Shown in pieces: positions 62,201 through 64,000 of a stretch of DNA of 64,000 nt (position 1 is the first letter of the stretch; each line of letters begins with the position of its first letter). Under the pieces are notes generated by a model. That model ran no database searches and was not told the origin of the DNA. It worked only from the letters and a program-made list of their open reading frames with translations. This DNA comes from Mobula hypostoma (taxonomy: Eukaryota), in the NCBI RefSeq assembly GCF_963921235.1, contig NC_086097.1, forward strand, positions 39,124,001 to 39,188,000, read 5' to 3'. The position numbers and the translations under genes were made by a program.

Positions 62201-64000
62201 GAGATGGCCACATTCAGTTCTTTGACAGTTACTAGTTCTAATAAACTTTCATTTTGTAAATCTGTAAGTTTAGGTAGATCTAAAAAATTCAATACACTGT
62301 CTATATAGGGCTCATTGGGGGCCCGGGGTTGGGAGTACAGCTCTCGATAATATGTTTCAAAACTCTCTTGAATTTTCCCTATTGTACTCTCCACAAGCTT
62401 TGTCTTTGGATTCTTTATTTTATGAATTGTATTGTCTGCTTGTTGTTTTCGTAATTTATATGCTAATAATCTAGCTGATTTACCTCCTACTTCATAATTC
62501 TTTTGTCTCAGGTAAAGAAAATTTCTTTGAGTTTCCAATGTATAAATATCATCAATTTCACTTTGCAATTTCCTAATTTCCTGTTTTCGATTTGAATTAC
62601 TTTTGTTGCTATCTACAACTTGAAGTTGTTTTAATTTTCCTTGAAGGTCTGCTAATTTTTGTGCATTGATTTTTTTCATGTGAGTAGTAATGGAAATAAT
62701 TTTCCCTCTCAGTACAGCTTTCAATGTATCCCATAAAATCACTGGTGATGTTTCTCCTGTGTCATTAAGGTCTAGATATTCTTTGATTTCTCCCCTTAAT
62801 TTCTCCATTACTTTCGGGTTATTGAGTATATGTGAGTTTAGCCTCCATAGTGTTTTCCTCATTTTCCTTTCCAGGATTAGAGACATAAAGACTGGGCTAT
62901 GATCCGACAGATCAATTGTTGCAATATTACAGTTTTTTATCCTGAGTCTATCTGTATTAAAGATAAAGAAATAGTCTATCCTTGAATAGGCTGAATGAGG
63001 GAAAGAGTAATATGTATAATCTTTACTAGTAGGGTGTAATTCCCTCCAGACATCTATAATTCCCAACTCCTCCATCAATGAATTCACTTTCCGAGTCAGA
63101 GGTTTATTCTGAGTAACTATTCTTGAAGAATCTAATATAGGATTTAATCTAATATTAAAATCCCCTCCACAAATTACTACCCCTCGAGAACTGACCATTA
63201 GGTCAAAAATGTGTCTATAAAATGACCATTCACTACCTGGAGGAGCATAAACATTCAGCAATGTTATTTCTGTACCTTCTATTCTTCCTGTGATTTTTAC
63301 AAACCGTCCTTCTTTGTCTCTAGTCTCTGAAATATGTTCATAATTAAGAGTACTTGATACTAAAGTAGCTACCCCTCTTTTGTGACTCAATTTATATGAT
63401 GAATAAAATACATGCTTAAAGCCCATTCTTTTTAATTTTCCATGTTCAGATTGGCTCATATGTGTTTCCTGGAGGAAAGCTATTTGTGCCCTCTCTTTTT
63501 TCAATTTAGACATGATCTTATTTCTTTTAATTGGATTCAAAACCCCATTGACATTATAGGAAATTATTTTTACCAATTCAGTTTGCATTTTTCTCTAGTA
63601 GAAAAAAAGCACTCTCCTTTTCTAACCAAACAGTAAGCAATCCCTTCTCAACTGTAAACCAAGACATATAACCACACCCTAGACATTTCTGAACGTATAA
63701 CATTTGAAAATTTTTCCCGACTTCCCACAGTGAGGCCTGAGCACCGACCCGCCTCAGTTCAGAGGGATAACCTCTATCTTCACCCTGTGTTAGAGGGCCC
63801 TCAGCAGTTTGAATAATCATAGAGAATTCTCTCCTATTTATGTCTCGACCATATTGCTATCATTCAAGTTATTCCGCCTAGTTTATTTTCAGTTACCAGT
63901 TTTCATTTTACTTTTAAGTCCGATTTACTCTTTTCAGTCATTTCTCTTAATTAATCTGTATTCTCTGTACATTCGCGTCTGAATATTTGCAGCTTTTCCT
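59244..64000 (-). mobile_element. L1-clade LINE, near full length (ORF1 tail near 63950-64000, ORF2 59799-63588, 3' UTR and poly(A))
   Basis: APE endonuclease (SYNVNG, LQETH, GGDFN, SDH), RT (YRPISVLN, DAEKAFD, GTRQGCPISP, LFADD), C-terminal CWRRC..HIFWDC. One frameshift near 61425 and two in-frame stops (61242, 60663). AATAAA and A-rich tail near 59244-59272. Confidence 0.93.

Noticed and set aside
42919..64000. Search for FANCM exon 5
   Set aside because: Candidate acceptors near 45890, 53985, 54605 and 55815 give stops or non-FANCM peptides. It is presumed to lie beyond the window, though a miss cannot be excluded.

Overview
Vertebrate genomic DNA, most likely from a cartilaginous fish such as a ray (inferred from the CR1, Rex1 and Penelope repeat complement). 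Three host genes can be reconstructed. (1) A complete clade-A, alpha-1-antitrypsin-like serpin on the minus strand (4 coding exons, 414 aa, P1-P1' Leu-Ser). (2) The 5' part of FANCM on the plus strand (CpG island and coding exons 1-4; the rest lies beyond the window). (3) A SOUL heme-binding protein gene (soul3-like) on the minus strand, mostly missed by the ORF track. Its last three exons (51261-54934) lie antisense in what should be FANCM intron 4, and its last intron has a GC donor. Most of the remaining sequence is transposable elements: Penelope-like elements (PLEs) whose terminal repeats carry minimal hammerhead ribozyme motifs, several TSD-bounded mini-insertions made almost only of these repeats, CR1 and Rex1/Babar LINEs, a 5'-inverted RTE LINE, a near-intact L1, a solo LTR, a tRNA-derived SINE, and a nested Tigger-like > Chapaev3 > CR1/PLE stack. 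Repeat boundaries are approximate unless a TSD is given.
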